64,000 nucleotides of DNA, from the NCBI GenBank assembly GCA_003220265.1, contig QHRW01000115.1, positions 1,391 to 65,390 of the forward strand. The letters run 5' to 3'. Made by a program: the position numbers and the translations under genes. Origin of the DNA: Candidatus Rokuibacteriota bacterium (GTDB lineage Bacteria; Methylomirabilota; Methylomirabilia; Rokubacteriales; CSP1-6). The notes below the pieces were generated by a model that saw only the letters and a list, made by a program, of their open reading frames with translations, was not told where the DNA came from and made no database searches. Positions within the stretch are counted from its first letter, which is position 1, and each line of letters starts with the position of its first letter. Of the stretch, positions 1 through 8,791 are shown in pieces.

Positions 1-643
1 CGATGGCGGCCGCTTCGTAGAGGTCGGGCGAGATCGTCTGCAGGCCGGCCAGCAGCGTGATGCCGTAGAAGGGCGTGCCGCGCCACGTGTTGACGACGAT
101 CAGCGACCACATGGCCAGCGAGGCGTTGCCGAGCCAGGAGTAGCCGCTGCTGATGATCCCGCCGTGCACCAGCAGCCAGTTCACGACGCTGAAGGTGGGA
201 TCGAGGATCCACATCCAGGCCACCGTCGAGAGCGCCGTCGGCACGATGAACGGCAGCAGCAGGAAGGCCCGGGCCAGGTTGCGGCCGCGGAACTGCTGGT
301 TGATGACCAGCGCCATCGCCAGGCCGCCGGCCAGCTTCAAGATCGTGGTGACGCACACGTACATGAAGGTGTTGCGGACCACCTGCCAGAACACGGCGTC
401 GTTGGCCAGCGTGCGGAAGTTGGCGAGGCCGACGAACACGCCCTCGCTGGCGACCCGGCGGTCTTCCAGGCTCAGGAAGATGCCGTAGAAGAATGGATAG
501 GCGACGAACGCGAGCAGGAACAGCACGCCGGGCGCCAGCATGAGCCAGCTGAAAACGCCCTCGCGCTCGATGAGTCCGCGCATCGTCGCCGGCCGGCCCG
601 CGACGGGGGCCGGCCGGGCGATCGATGCGGGGCCGACAGCCAT
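1..643 (-). CDS. ABC transporter permease (MalF/UgpA-type sugar permease); C-terminal part lies beyond the window edge
   Basis: Own translation of the minus strand from ATG 643..641: MAVGPASIARP...MRGLIEREGVFSWLMLAPGVLFLLAFVAYPFFYGIFLSLEDRR..., a multi-TM hydrophobic pattern. It starts 5 nt after the binding-protein stop. It is absent from the ORF track because no stop falls in the window. Confidence 0.8.
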   Translation of the reverse strand, partial: MAVGPASIARPAPVAGRPATMRGLIEREGVFSWLMLAPGVLFLLAFVAYPFFYGIFLSLEDRRVASEGVFVGLANFRTLANDAVFWQVVRNTFMYVCVTTILKLAGGLAMALVINQQFRGRNLARAFLLLPFIVPTALSTVAWMWILDPTFSVVNWLLVHGGIISSGYSWLGNASLAMWSLIVVNTWRGTPFYGITLLAGLQTISPDLYEAAAI

Positions 644-648
644 GTCGC

Positions 649-1920
649 TTACTTGGCTTTGTAGATCTGCTTGAGCTGGGCGGCCGCGGTGGCGATGACG
701 TCCTTCGTCGCGTCGCCGCGGCAGGCCTTGGCGAACATGTCCACCAGCACGTACTTGGCCACGCTCTCCGAGGCCGCCGGTCCCTGCGGCCCCGGCCACG
801 TGTGCGGCCGCGTGGTCTTGAGCGACTCCTTGTAGGGCAGGTAGCGCGGCTCCGGCTTCCACATCGGGTGATCGTCGTAGCCGTGCAGGAACGGCGCATA
901 GTAGGCGTCGGCGGAGGTCAGCCAGCGCGAGAGCTGCTTGTCGTCGTAGAGCCACTTGAGGAACGCCTTGGCGGCCGCCTGGTCGGGCGCGTGCGTGAGC
1001 AGCGCGTGGGAGACCGCGTTCATGACGTGGAAGCGGCCCTTCGGTCCGGCCGGGTTCAGCGCGTGATCGGTCACCTTGGCGATCTCGGGGAAGTCACGCT
1101 TGCCGACGACGAGGATCGAGGAGGCATTGTTGGTGCACGAGATCTGCTCGCCGAAGAACGCCTTGTTGTTGTTGACGTCGGTCCAGCCCAGCACGTCCTC
1201 GAACATCGTCTCCTGGTAGAACTTCCGGCAGAAGTCGAGGGCCTTGGCCGTCTCCGCCGAGTCGATGACGACCGTCTTGCCGTCGCGGTCCACCTCGCGC
1301 CCGCCGTACGACCAGAACAGCGGGTAGAGCCAGCCGTGGTTGTCGCCGAAGCCGTGGCCGAGCTCGAAGCCGAACGGATGGCCCTTCTTCTTGAGCAGTC
1401 GGCCGGCGGCGAGCAGGTCCTCCCACGTCTCCGGGAACTTGGTCACGCCGACTTCCTTGAACCAGTCGGTGCGGTAGACCTCGAGCTGGCCGATGTTGCC
1501 CCACGGCAGCGCCTTCCACTTGCCCTTCGAGACGACGACTTCGAGGACGTTCTCGTGCCAGCCGCCGAGCTGCTTGCCGATGCCGTTGGCGACGTCGGTG
1601 ACGTCCACCAGGCTGTTGTCGAACAGGAGGGCCTGGTTGAGGCCGGTCATCGCGATCTCGGGCCCCGACTTCGTCTCGGCGATGGTGGTGAGGCGCGTCA
1701 GCATGCCGCCCACGCTGGTGGCCTCGTAGGACATCTTGATCCCGGTCAGCTTCTCGTATTCCGGCAGCAGCGTCTTGGAAAAGTAGTCGTCGAACGGCTT
1801 GATGAAGGAGCTCTCCCGGACGACGGACATCGCCTTGGGGGCGGCGCTGGCCCCCCGAGGGACGAGGGCGCCGGCCACGGCGCCGCCGGTCACTTTCAGA
1901 AAGTCGCGGCGCGTCGTCAT
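649..1920 (-). CDS. ABC transporter extracellular solute-binding protein (sugar type) with twin-arginine signal
   Basis: The real start is an internal Met of ORF 649..2772: MTTRRDFLKVTGGAVAGALVP (Tat motif RRDFLK). The upstream 284 aa of that ORF are read-through. Family 1 SBP-like sequence sits next to the permease. Confidence 0.85.
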   Translation of the reverse strand: MTTRRDFLKVTGGAVAGALVPRGASAAPKAMSVVRESSFIKPFDDYFSKTLLPEYEKLTGIKMSYEATSVGGMLTRLTTIAETKSGPEIAMTGLNQALLFDNSLVDVTDVANGIGKQLGGWHENVLEVVVSKGKWKALPWGNIGQLEVYRTDWFKEVGVTKFPETWEDLLAAGRLLKKKGHPFGFELGHGFGDNHGWLYPLFWSYGGREVDRDGKTVVIDSAETAKALDFCRKFYQETMFEDVLGWTDVNNNKAFFGEQISCTNNASSILVVGKRDFPEIAKVTDHALNPAGPKGRFHVMNAVSHALLTHAPDQAAAKAFLKWLYDDKQLSRWLTSADAYYAPFLHGYDDHPMWKPEPRYLPYKESLKTTRPHTWPGPQGPAASESVAKYVLVDMFAKACRGDATKDVIATAAAQLKQIYKAK

Positions 1921-2050
1921 GCCATCCTCCACGTTGGACGTGAGCTGCTGGACGAGGTTGCCGGACAGTAGGCCACCGATCCCGCGCGTGTCAAGGCCCG
2001 GCCGACGGTTGCGCGGCGTCCGCCCGGAGCATACCCTACGCGCACGACCG

Positions 2051-2494
2051 ATGAGCCTCACACTGTCGCAGGCGACGACGATCGTGGACGCCGCGCTGAA
2101 GAAGGGGCGCGAGCTGAGCCTGGCGCCGTTGACCGTCGCCGTGCTGGACGCGGGCGGCCATCTCAAGGCGCTCGCGCGCGAGGACGGCAGCGGCATCGTG
2201 CGGCCACAGATCGCCATCGGCAAGGCGTGGGGCGCGCTCGGCATGGGGCTCGGCTCGCGCACCCTGGCCAAGCGCGTGGCCGAGCAGGGACCCCAGCAGC
2301 AAGCCTTCTTCTCGGCGCTCAACGCCATGTCGGAAGGTCGCGTGGTGCCGGCGGCGGGCGGCGTGCTCATCAAGGACGGCGGCGGCGCGGTCATCGGCGC
2401 CGTCGGCATCTCGGGGGACGTCTCGGACAAGGACGAGGCGTGCGCGCTGGCGGGAATCGCCGCCGCCAAGCTCGTGGCCGATCCGGGCGCGTGA
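2051..2494 (+). CDS. GlcG/HbpS-like heme-binding protein (DUF336)
   Basis: MSLTLSQATTIVDAALKKGRELSLAPLTVAVLDAGGHLKAL...IGAVGISGDVSDKDEACA, the typical DUF336 pattern. Start taken at the internal ATG of ORF 1799..2494. Confidence 0.75.
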   Translation: MSLTLSQATTIVDAALKKGRELSLAPLTVAVLDAGGHLKALAREDGSGIVRPQIAIGKAWGALGMGLGSRTLAKRVAEQGPQQQAFFSALNAMSEGRVVPAAGGVLIKDGGGAVIGAVGISGDVSDKDEACALAGIAAAKLVADPGA

Positions 2495-2553
2495 TAGGCT
2501 GGGCGATCTCGGAGCCAACGGCGATGTTCCCACCGGCCGGGGAGGAGGAAGCC

Positions 2554-2715
2554 ATGCCTCTCTACGAGTTCTTCTGCGACACGTGTCAGAAGGAAGTCAG
2601 CGTGACCCAATCCATGAGCGAGCACGCCAACGGAGCGGCCTGTCCGGAGTGCGGCGGCCGGAACATGCGCCCGCTCGTCGGCCCGTTCTTCTCCAAGACC
2701 TCGCGCAAATCCTGA
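2554..2715 (+). CDS. FmdB-family zinc-ribbon putative regulatory protein
   Basis: MPLYEFFCDTCQ...CPECGG (CxxC...CxxC). GGAGGAGGA lies just upstream of ATG 2554. This is the tail of ORF 2227..2715. Confidence 0.8.
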   Translation: MPLYEFFCDTCQKEVSVTQSMSEHANGAACPECGGRNMRPLVGPFFSKTSRKS

Positions 2716-2728
2716 GAGGGAGGTGTTC

Positions 2729-3253
2729 ATGAAGCTGCAAGGCAAGCGGATCGCGATCCTCGCGGAGAACATGTACCAGGAGATGGAGCTGTGGGTTCCG
2801 TACTACCGCTTCAAGGAAGAGGGCGCCGAGGTGAAGGTGGTGGGCGCCGGCGGGGCCAAGTCCTACACGTCCAAGCATGGCTATCCGGTCAGCGTGGATG
2901 TCCAGGCCGACCAGGTGAAGGCCGTGGAGTTCGACGCGGTCATCGTCCCCGGCGGCTACGCGCCCGACATGATGCGGCGCCACGACGCCATGGTGGGCCT
3001 CGTGCGCGAGGCGGCGCAGCAGGGCAAGGTCGTGGCCGCCATCTGCCACGCCGGCTGGATGCTGGTCTCGGCCGGTATCCTGAAGGGCCGCAAGGCCACC
3101 TCGTTCTTCTCGATCAAGGACGACCTGAAGGCGGCCGGCGCCGACTGGCAGGACGCCGAGGTCGTCGTCGACGGCAACCTCATCACGTCGCGCAAGCCCG
3201 ACGATCTGCCCGCCTTCTGCCGGGCGATCATCACCTCGCTCTCCAAGTCATAA
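2729..3253 (+). CDS. DJ-1/PfpI family protein (type 1 glutamine amidotransferase-like)
   Basis: MKLQGKRIAILAE...VIVPGGYAP...AAICHAGW (nucleophile-elbow Cys-His). GAGGGAGG lies upstream of ATG 2729. Confidence 0.85.
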   Translation: MKLQGKRIAILAENMYQEMELWVPYYRFKEEGAEVKVVGAGGAKSYTSKHGYPVSVDVQADQVKAVEFDAVIVPGGYAPDMMRRHDAMVGLVREAAQQGKVVAAICHAGWMLVSAGILKGRKATSFFSIKDDLKAAGADWQDAEVVVDGNLITSRKPDDLPAFCRAIITSLSKS

Positions 3254-3269
3254 CTCGCAATCCGGAGGG

Positions 3270-3300
3270 GAAGGGGGAACCCTCCCAGGGTTCCCCCTTC
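3270..3300. repeat. 31-nt perfect GC-rich palindrome (14-bp stem, 3-nt loop), a possible terminator or REP-like element
   Basis: GAAGGGGGAACCCT-CCC-AGGGTTCCCCCTTC, paired position by position by hand. It sits 17 nt after the pfpI-like stop and 15 nt before the next ATG, with no T-tract. Confidence 0.6.
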
Positions 3301-3315
3301 AATCAGGACGCGCTG

Positions 3316-3584
3316 ATGCCCACCGCGCTGTTCACGGTCAAGGCCACGATCACGCCTGACCGCGAGAAGGCGTTCAACGAGTGGTACAACCATGAGCACA
3401 TCCCCGACGTCTTCAAGTTCAAGGGCGTCGTCAGCGCGCGGCGCTACAAGGCCACCCAGCCCGAGGATCGCTGCAGCGCTTTCTCGCCTCCGACCACATG
3501 ACCTTCCTGCGCCAGGAGTACGACAAGCACTTCGGCGGCGTCTCCGAGCGCCAGCGCGCCACCTACGTGCAGGTCTGGCCATAG
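3316..3584 (+). pseudogene. Small dimeric alpha/beta-barrel (EthD/ABM/DUF4286-like) protein gene disrupted by an internal deletion and frameshift
   Basis: Frame 1 reads MPTALFTVKATITPDREKAFNEWYNHEHIPDVFKFKGVVSARRYKATQPEDR and then runs into a stop at 3499-3501. The plausible C-terminus LQRFLASDHMTFLRQEYDKHFGGVSERQRATYVQVWP* continues in another frame from about 3471 to 3584. Confidence 0.6.
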
Positions 3585-3621
3585 CCGTCTCTGCGCGGTC
3601 GTCTGCTAAGATCGGTTTTCG

Positions 3622-5379
3622 ATGATCGTGCTCGGTATCTCGGAGACTCACTGCGCGACCGCCGCCATCCTGCGCGACGGCGCGATCGTCGGCTGCGCCT
3701 CGGAAGAGCGCTTCACCCGCCTGAAGAACGACGCGGGCTATCCCCGGCTGGCCGTCGAGGCGCTCCTGCGCGACGCGGGGCTCGAGGCCTCGCAGATCGA
3801 CCTGGTGGCGCTGGCCGGCCGGCGGGCCTACGCGCGCGAGTGGATGAATCGCGTGCTGCACGACGGCGAGTACGCGCGCCAGTACTACGGCGTGCGCCTC
3901 GACGAGCCGCGCGCCGGGCTCGGCCGGCGGGCACGAAAGCTGGGCGCGCGCCTGGGCCTCACCGACCCGGCGCAGGGCAAGTTCACGCTGAGCGAGAGCG
4001 AGCGGCTCGGCCTCGTGACGGACCACCTGCGGATCGGGACCGAGCGCATCGTGACGCTCGACCACCACGCCTGTCACGCCGCCGCCGCCTACTTCGGCGC
4101 GCCCTTCGACGGCGCCCCCGCGCTGGTGCTCACCAACGACAACTCCGGCGACGGCCTCTGCGCCACCGCCTCCAGCGCCGGCGGCACCGCGCTCGAGCGG
4201 CGCGAGGCGGCGCCGAGCGCGCCGGGGTCGCTGGGCTCCTTCTACTCGTTCGTCACGCTCCTGCTCGGCATGAAGTTCGGCGAGCACGAGTACAAGGTGA
4301 TGGGCCTGGCGCCCTACGCGCCGGCGCGCGCGGTCGAGCGCGCGGCCGCCGCGCTCGGAGACATCTTCGGGCTCGACGAGGCGACGCCCGCGCGCTTCGC
4401 CTGGCGCCGGCGAGGCGCGCGCTATCGCGTGCTGGCCGAGGCCACGCTGGGCGCGCGCTTCGACGCGATCGCCGGCGGCGCCCAGCAGGTCGTCGAGGAG
4501 ACGCTGCTGCGCTGGGCGCGCCTCATGCGCCAGCGCTACGGCGGCGATCGGCTGGCCCTGGGCGGCGGCGTCTTCATGAACGTCAAGGCCAACATGCTGC
4601 TGGCCGGCGAGGACTGGGTGCGCGAGCTGTTCGTCTTCCCGTCGTGCGGCGACGAGTCCAACGCGATCGGCGCCGCCTACCTCGCGTACGTCGACCTGTG
4701 CGCGCGGGCGGGGGTGCCGGCCAAGCCGGCGCCGCTGGGCCCCGCCTATCTCGGGCCGTCCATCGACGACGCCGAGGTGGAGGCGCTGATCCGCACGCGC
4801 GACCTCGCCGCGCGGCATCGCGTGAGCGAGCCCGGGCGCATCGAGGACCGCATCGCCGAGCTGCTCGTCTCCGACGGCGTGGTCGCGCGCTGCGCGGGCC
4901 GCATGGAGTTCGGCGCCCGCGCGCTCGGCAACCGCTCGATCCTCGCCAACCCGTCCGACCATCGCGTCGTGCGCGTGATCAACCACATGATCAAGAATCG
5001 CGACTTCTGGATGCCCTTCGCGCCCAGCGTGCTGGGCGAGCGGGAGGGGGAGTACCTGCAGAACCCCAAGGGGCTGGCGTCGCCCTATATGATGTTGGCC
5101 TTCCCGACGAATCCCAAGCGTCGTGACGAGATCGTGGCGGCCGTGCACCCTCAAGACTTCACCGCTCGCGCCCACATCGTGGACGAGGGGTGGAATCCGG
5201 GCTACCACCGGGTGATCCGCGAGTTCGAGGGCCGCACCGGCATCGGCGCGGTCCTCAACACGTCCTTCAACCTGCACGGCGAGCCGCTGGTCGGCTCGCC
5301 CGCCGACGCGGTCGATACCTTCGAGCGCTCCGGCTTGCCGCACCTGGCCCTCGGCCGCTTCCTCATCTCGAAGCGATAG
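3622..5379 (+). CDS. Carbamoyltransferase (NodU/CmcH family)
   Basis: 585 aa: MIVLGISETHCATAAIL..., HHACHAA, SCGDESNAIGAA, FWMPFAPS, LNTSFNLHGEP, which are typical family motifs. Confidence 0.85.
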   Translation: MIVLGISETHCATAAILRDGAIVGCASEERFTRLKNDAGYPRLAVEALLRDAGLEASQIDLVALAGRRAYAREWMNRVLHDGEYARQYYGVRLDEPRAGLGRRARKLGARLGLTDPAQGKFTLSESERLGLVTDHLRIGTERIVTLDHHACHAAAAYFGAPFDGAPALVLTNDNSGDGLCATASSAGGTALERREAAPSAPGSLGSFYSFVTLLLGMKFGEHEYKVMGLAPYAPARAVERAAAALGDIFGLDEATPARFAWRRRGARYRVLAEATLGARFDAIAGGAQQVVEETLLRWARLMRQRYGGDRLALGGGVFMNVKANMLLAGEDWVRELFVFPSCGDESNAIGAAYLAYVDLCARAGVPAKPAPLGPAYLGPSIDDAEVEALIRTRDLAARHRVSEPGRIEDRIAELLVSDGVVARCAGRMEFGARALGNRSILANPSDHRVVRVINHMIKNRDFWMPFAPSVLGEREGEYLQNPKGLASPYMMLAFPTNPKRRDEIVAAVHPQDFTARAHIVDEGWNPGYHRVIREFEGRTGIGAVLNTSFNLHGEPLVGSPADAVDTFERSGLPHLALGRFLISKR

Positions 5380-5390
5380 GCGGCAGAGCG

Positions 5391-5819
5391 ATGCTCCGCG
5401 AGTTCAAGGCCTTCGTGATCAGGGGCAACGTCGTCGAGCTCGCGGTGGCCGTCGTGCTGGGCGTCGCCTTCGGCGCCATCGTCACCTCGTTCGTGAACGA
5501 CCTGCTGATGCCGCCGGTCGGGCTGTTGCTCGGCCGCGTGAGCTTCAGCGACCTCTTCATCAGCCTCTCGGGGCGGTCGTATCCCACGCTGGCCGCCGCC
5601 AAGGCCGCGGGCGCGCCGACGCTGAACTACGGCGTGTTCCTCAACAGCGTCGTGAACTTCGTGATCGTGGCCTTCGCGGTCTTCCTCCTCGTGCGCCAGG
5701 TCAACCGCCTCAAGGCGCCGCTTGCGCCCGCGCGCGAGTGCCCGTACTGCGCAACGGCGATTCCGATGACCGCGCGGCGCTGTCCACACTGCACGTCGGA
5801 TCTCGCCGCGCGCCCGTAA
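5391..5819 (+). CDS. mscL: Large-conductance mechanosensitive channel MscL with C-terminal CxxC...CxxC zinc-ribbon tail
   Basis: MLREFKAFVIRGNVVELAVAVVLGVAFGAIVTSFVNDLLMPP..., a canonical MscL N-terminus and TM1/TM2. The tail is ECPYCATAIPMTARRCPHCTSDL. Confidence 0.9.
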   Translation: MLREFKAFVIRGNVVELAVAVVLGVAFGAIVTSFVNDLLMPPVGLLLGRVSFSDLFISLSGRSYPTLAAAKAAGAPTLNYGVFLNSVVNFVIVAFAVFLLVRQVNRLKAPLAPARECPYCATAIPMTARRCPHCTSDLAARP

Positions 5820-6031
5820 TTTCGACGACGTAATCTCTACACCCGACGTGCCACGCGGACTGCCATCGAGCGTCAGTCTGCGACGATCTGGCATGCCAGG
5901 CTGGATGGCACTGACCTAAAGGCCGAAGAATTAATGCTGCATTTTCGGCCCGCCTGTGGCATCGCCGTTGCTGCTTTTCGTCCCGCCGGGCCGCTCAGGA
6001 ACGCACGGGCCGCCCTTCAGGGGGACGATCG

Positions 6032-7063
6032 ATGCGTACGCTCCGTCGCGCCATCTGGCTTCTGCTGCCGCTGCTGGTCGTCGGCACCTCGCTGGTGCTG
6101 ACCGCATCATCCGAGGAGCTGCGCGCCGGCATCGTGACCGGCCTGCACGGAACCGCCAGCGTCAGCCGTGCGGCGCTCCGCGAACCGCAAGCGCTGCGCT
6201 TCAAGGACGACGTCTATCTGCGCGACCAGATCGTCACGGGCGACGCCTCGATGGCGCGCATTCTTCTCGGCGGCAAGGCCCTGCTGACCGTCCGCGAGCG
6301 GTCGATGGTGCGGATCACGGAAGCGCCGGGCGTGTCCACGGTGGCCGTGAGCAGCGGCCGCGCGGCCGTCAACGTGCTCAAGGAGCGGATGCAGCCCGGC
6401 GACTCGGTCGAGATCGTCACGCCCAACGCGACGGCCGCCATCCGCGGCACGATCGTCGTCGCCGAGGTGGAGAGCGACGACGCCGGCACGCGCTCGACGA
6501 TCACCGTGCTGCGGGGCCTCATCGACGTGACCCAGCACGACGCCTCCGGCCGGGCCTTCGGCCGGCCGGTGAGCGTCAGCGCGCTGCAGCAGGTGACCGC
6601 CAGCGGGCCGCGGCTGTCGCCGGTCCGCCCGATCACGCGGCAGGCGGCCGACCGCCTTGCGAACGACTTCACGATGGGCCTGCGCGCCGCGCCGGTCATG
6701 GCGCCGCCGGTGACCCAGGCGGAGGTGGATCGCGCGGTGCTGCAAGTCGCGCGCGAGACCGGCGGGAAAAACACTGGCGACAGGACCGCCGACAGCAAGG
6801 GCAACGACGACAAGGACAGCAAGGCCTCCGACAGCGGCAATGGCGGCGACAGCGCCAAGGGGGGCGACGCCAAGGGCGGGGACAAGACCGCCGGTGGCAG
6901 CAGGGACAACAACGGCGGTGGCAACGATCGCGTCGTGAGCGGCGGCAGTGGACCCGGTAACGGTAGCCCCGGCAGCAAGGGTGACCGCGGCGATCGCGGC
7001 GATCGGGGCGACCGGGGCGATCGCGGCGACCGCGGCAACAAGGGCGGCGGCAAGAAGCCCTAG
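6032..7063 (+). CDS. Secreted FecR-domain protein with disordered G/D/K/N-rich tail
   Basis: Signal peptide MRTLRRAIWLLLPLLVVGTSLVLTA. The motif G.V.G..G.A...R......L...D.V...D.I.TG..S.A.+.L is FecR-like. The C-terminal roughly 100 aa are low complexity. Confidence 0.7.
   Translation: MRTLRRAIWLLLPLLVVGTSLVLTASSEELRAGIVTGLHGTASVSRAALREPQALRFKDDVYLRDQIVTGDASMARILLGGKALLTVRERSMVRITEAPGVSTVAVSSGRAAVNVLKERMQPGDSVEIVTPNATAAIRGTIVVAEVESDDAGTRSTITVLRGLIDVTQHDASGRAFGRPVSVSALQQVTASGPRLSPVRPITRQAADRLANDFTMGLRAAPVMAPPVTQAEVDRAVLQVARETGGKNTGDRTADSKGNDDKDSKASDSGNGGDSAKGGDAKGGDKTAGGSRDNNGGGNDRVVSGGSGPGNGSPGSKGDRGDRGDRGDRGDRGDRGNKGGGKKP
6980..7033 (+). repeat. In-frame 9-nt tandem repeat encoding (Gly-Asp-Arg)n, six copies by my count of the DNA
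   Basis: ggtgaccgc ggcgatcgc ggcgatcgg ggcgaccgg ggcgatcgc ggcgaccgc, at the 3' end of the FecR-domain gene. Confidence 0.85.
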
Positions 7064-7085
7064 CCGCGCTCCAGGCTTCGCTAGA

Positions 7086-7838
7086 ATGCGCGTCGTGGAC
7101 ACCGTCCTCGACGCCATGGTGGCGGCGGCCCGCGCCGGCGGCGCCGTCGCGCTCGCGCATTTCCGACGCGGCGTCGACGTCACTCTCAAGGCCGATCGCT
7201 CACCCGTCACCATCGCGGATCGCGACGCCGAGCAGACCATCCTGACCTCGCTGGCGCGCGCCTGCCCCGACCACGGGATCCTCGCCGAGGAATCCGGCGG
7301 CAGCGGGCCCGGCGCGCGCCGCTTCATCGTGGATCCCATCGACGGCACGCGAAACTTCGCCCGCGGCATCCCGTACTGGGCCGTGCTCGTCGCGCAGGAA
7401 GAGGACGGCGTGATCCACCAGCCGGCGAGCGGCGAGGTCTATACGGCGCGCCGGGGACGGGGCGCGCAGCTCGACGGCGCGCCCATCCACGTCTCGCCGG
7501 TGGCGACGCTCGGCGAGGCCACCGTCGCACACGGCACGCTGCGCATCCTGCGCCGGCGCGGGCGGTGGGAGGGCTTCGAGCGGCTCGTGGACGCCACGCG
7601 CAGCCAGCGTGGCTTCGGCGACTTCCTCTGCTATGCGTGGCTGGCGGCCGGCCGCGTGGACGTGGCGCTCGGCCTCAACCTCAAGATCTGGGACGTGGCC
7701 GCCCCGAAGATCATCGTGGAAGAGGCGGGCGGCCGGCTGACGGACCTGGACGGCCACGACTCGCTGACCTCCGGCACCGCCCTCGCCAGCAACGGCCGCC
7801 TGCACGCGGCCGCGCTGAAGGCTCTCGCCGCCTCCTAG
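7086..7838 (+). CDS. Inositol monophosphatase family protein (IMPase / histidinol-phosphatase-like)
   Basis: MRVVDTVLDAMV...SPVTIADRDAE...DPIDGTRNF...WDVAAPKIIVEEAGG. Start is the internal ATG of ORF 6948..7838. Confidence 0.85.
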   Translation: MRVVDTVLDAMVAAARAGGAVALAHFRRGVDVTLKADRSPVTIADRDAEQTILTSLARACPDHGILAEESGGSGPGARRFIVDPIDGTRNFARGIPYWAVLVAQEEDGVIHQPASGEVYTARRGRGAQLDGAPIHVSPVATLGEATVAHGTLRILRRRGRWEGFERLVDATRSQRGFGDFLCYAWLAAGRVDVALGLNLKIWDVAAPKIIVEEAGGRLTDLDGHDSLTSGTALASNGRLHAAALKALAAS

Positions 7839-8791
7839 TAGCCCTTGCGCCGGTCGACGATGTGGTGGAGCGGCTGATCGGAGAGCCAGCGCGCGAGGTT
7901 GTCGTTGAAGATGGGGGCGATCTCCCCGGCGGTGCTCGGCCCCGCGACGTGCGGCGTGATCACAGCATTGTCGAGCCTCCACAGCGGATGCTCGGGCGGC
8001 AGCGGCTCGCTGGGGAAGACGTCGAGGATCGCGCCGGCGATCCGCCGCGCCCGCAGTGCCTCCACCAGGGCGGCGTCGTCCACCACCGCGCCGCGGCCGA
8101 TGTTGAGCAGCCACGCATCCGGCCGCATGGCTGCCAGCGCGGTGGCGTCGATGAGCCCGCGCGTGGCCGGCGTCAACGGCACCACGACGACGACGAAGTC
8201 GGCGGCGCTGAGCGCGCGGTGCAGGTGCACGGTGCGGTGCACGCGGTCGACGTGGGGCACGCGGCGCCCCGAGCGGCTGACGCCCACCACGCGCATGCCG
8301 ACGGCCCGCGCCACGCGCGCGATCTCGCCGCCGATGTCGCCGATGCCGACCAGCGTGAGCGTGCGGCCGCGCAGCCGCTCGGGCAGCACGTCGCCGATCC
8401 AGCGCCGCTCGCGCTGCGCCGCGCGGTACGTCTCCATCCGCTGGCTGACCCACGAGCACCAGCCGATGACGTACTCGCTCATCCACGAGCCGAACACGCC
8501 GGGCGCGCGCGTGACGATCACGCGGCGGCGCAGGTCCGGCACCAGCGCCCACTCCACGCCGGCGCCCATCGCCTGCAGCCAGCGCAACCGCCTGGCTTTA
8601 CCGTAAAGCGCCGGCGGCAACTTCCACGCGTAGATGACCTCGACCTCGCCGATGTGAGCCGCCGCGTCCGCCTCCGTCGCGGCGACGTGGATGGCCACGT
8701 CGCGCCCGCGCGGGACGTTGATCAGCCGCGCGTAGGCGTCCACCTCGTCGGGATGGTAGACGAGGATCCCGGGACGGCGGCGCTTCCTCAT
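7835..8791 (-). CDS. D-2-hydroxyacid dehydrogenase family (NAD-binding)
   Basis: 318 aa: GRTLTLVGIGDIGGEIA (GxGxxG), NIGRGAVVD, ITPHVAG. Confidence 0.8.
   Translation of the reverse strand: MRKRRRPGILVYHPDEVDAYARLINVPRGRDVAIHVAATEADAAAHIGEVEVIYAWKLPPALYGKARRLRWLQAMGAGVEWALVPDLRRRVIVTRAPGVFGSWMSEYVIGWCSWVSQRMETYRAAQRERRWIGDVLPERLRGRTLTLVGIGDIGGEIARVARAVGMRVVGVSRSGRRVPHVDRVHRTVHLHRALSAADFVVVVVPLTPATRGLIDATALAAMRPDAWLLNIGRGAVVDDAALVEALRARRIAGAILDVFPSEPLPPEHPLWRLDNAVITPHVAGPSTAGEIAPIFNDNLARWLSDQPLHHIVDRRKGY

Noticed and set aside
1822-1850. The imperfect palindrome CCTTGGGGGC...GCCCCCCGAGG inside the Tat signal-peptide region of the binding protein, considered as another in-frame palindrome insertion.
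   Set aside because: The arms are unequal and mismatched. The encoded PRGASAAPK fits an ordinary signal-peptide c-region, so the evidence is insufficient.
5880-5960. An AT-richer stretch with stem GGCCGAA...TTCGGCC upstream of the FecR-domain gene, considered as a possible riboswitch or sRNA.
   Set aside because: It has only a 7-bp stem with a 15-nt loop and no recognisable riboswitch consensus. It is most simply promoter or leader sequence.
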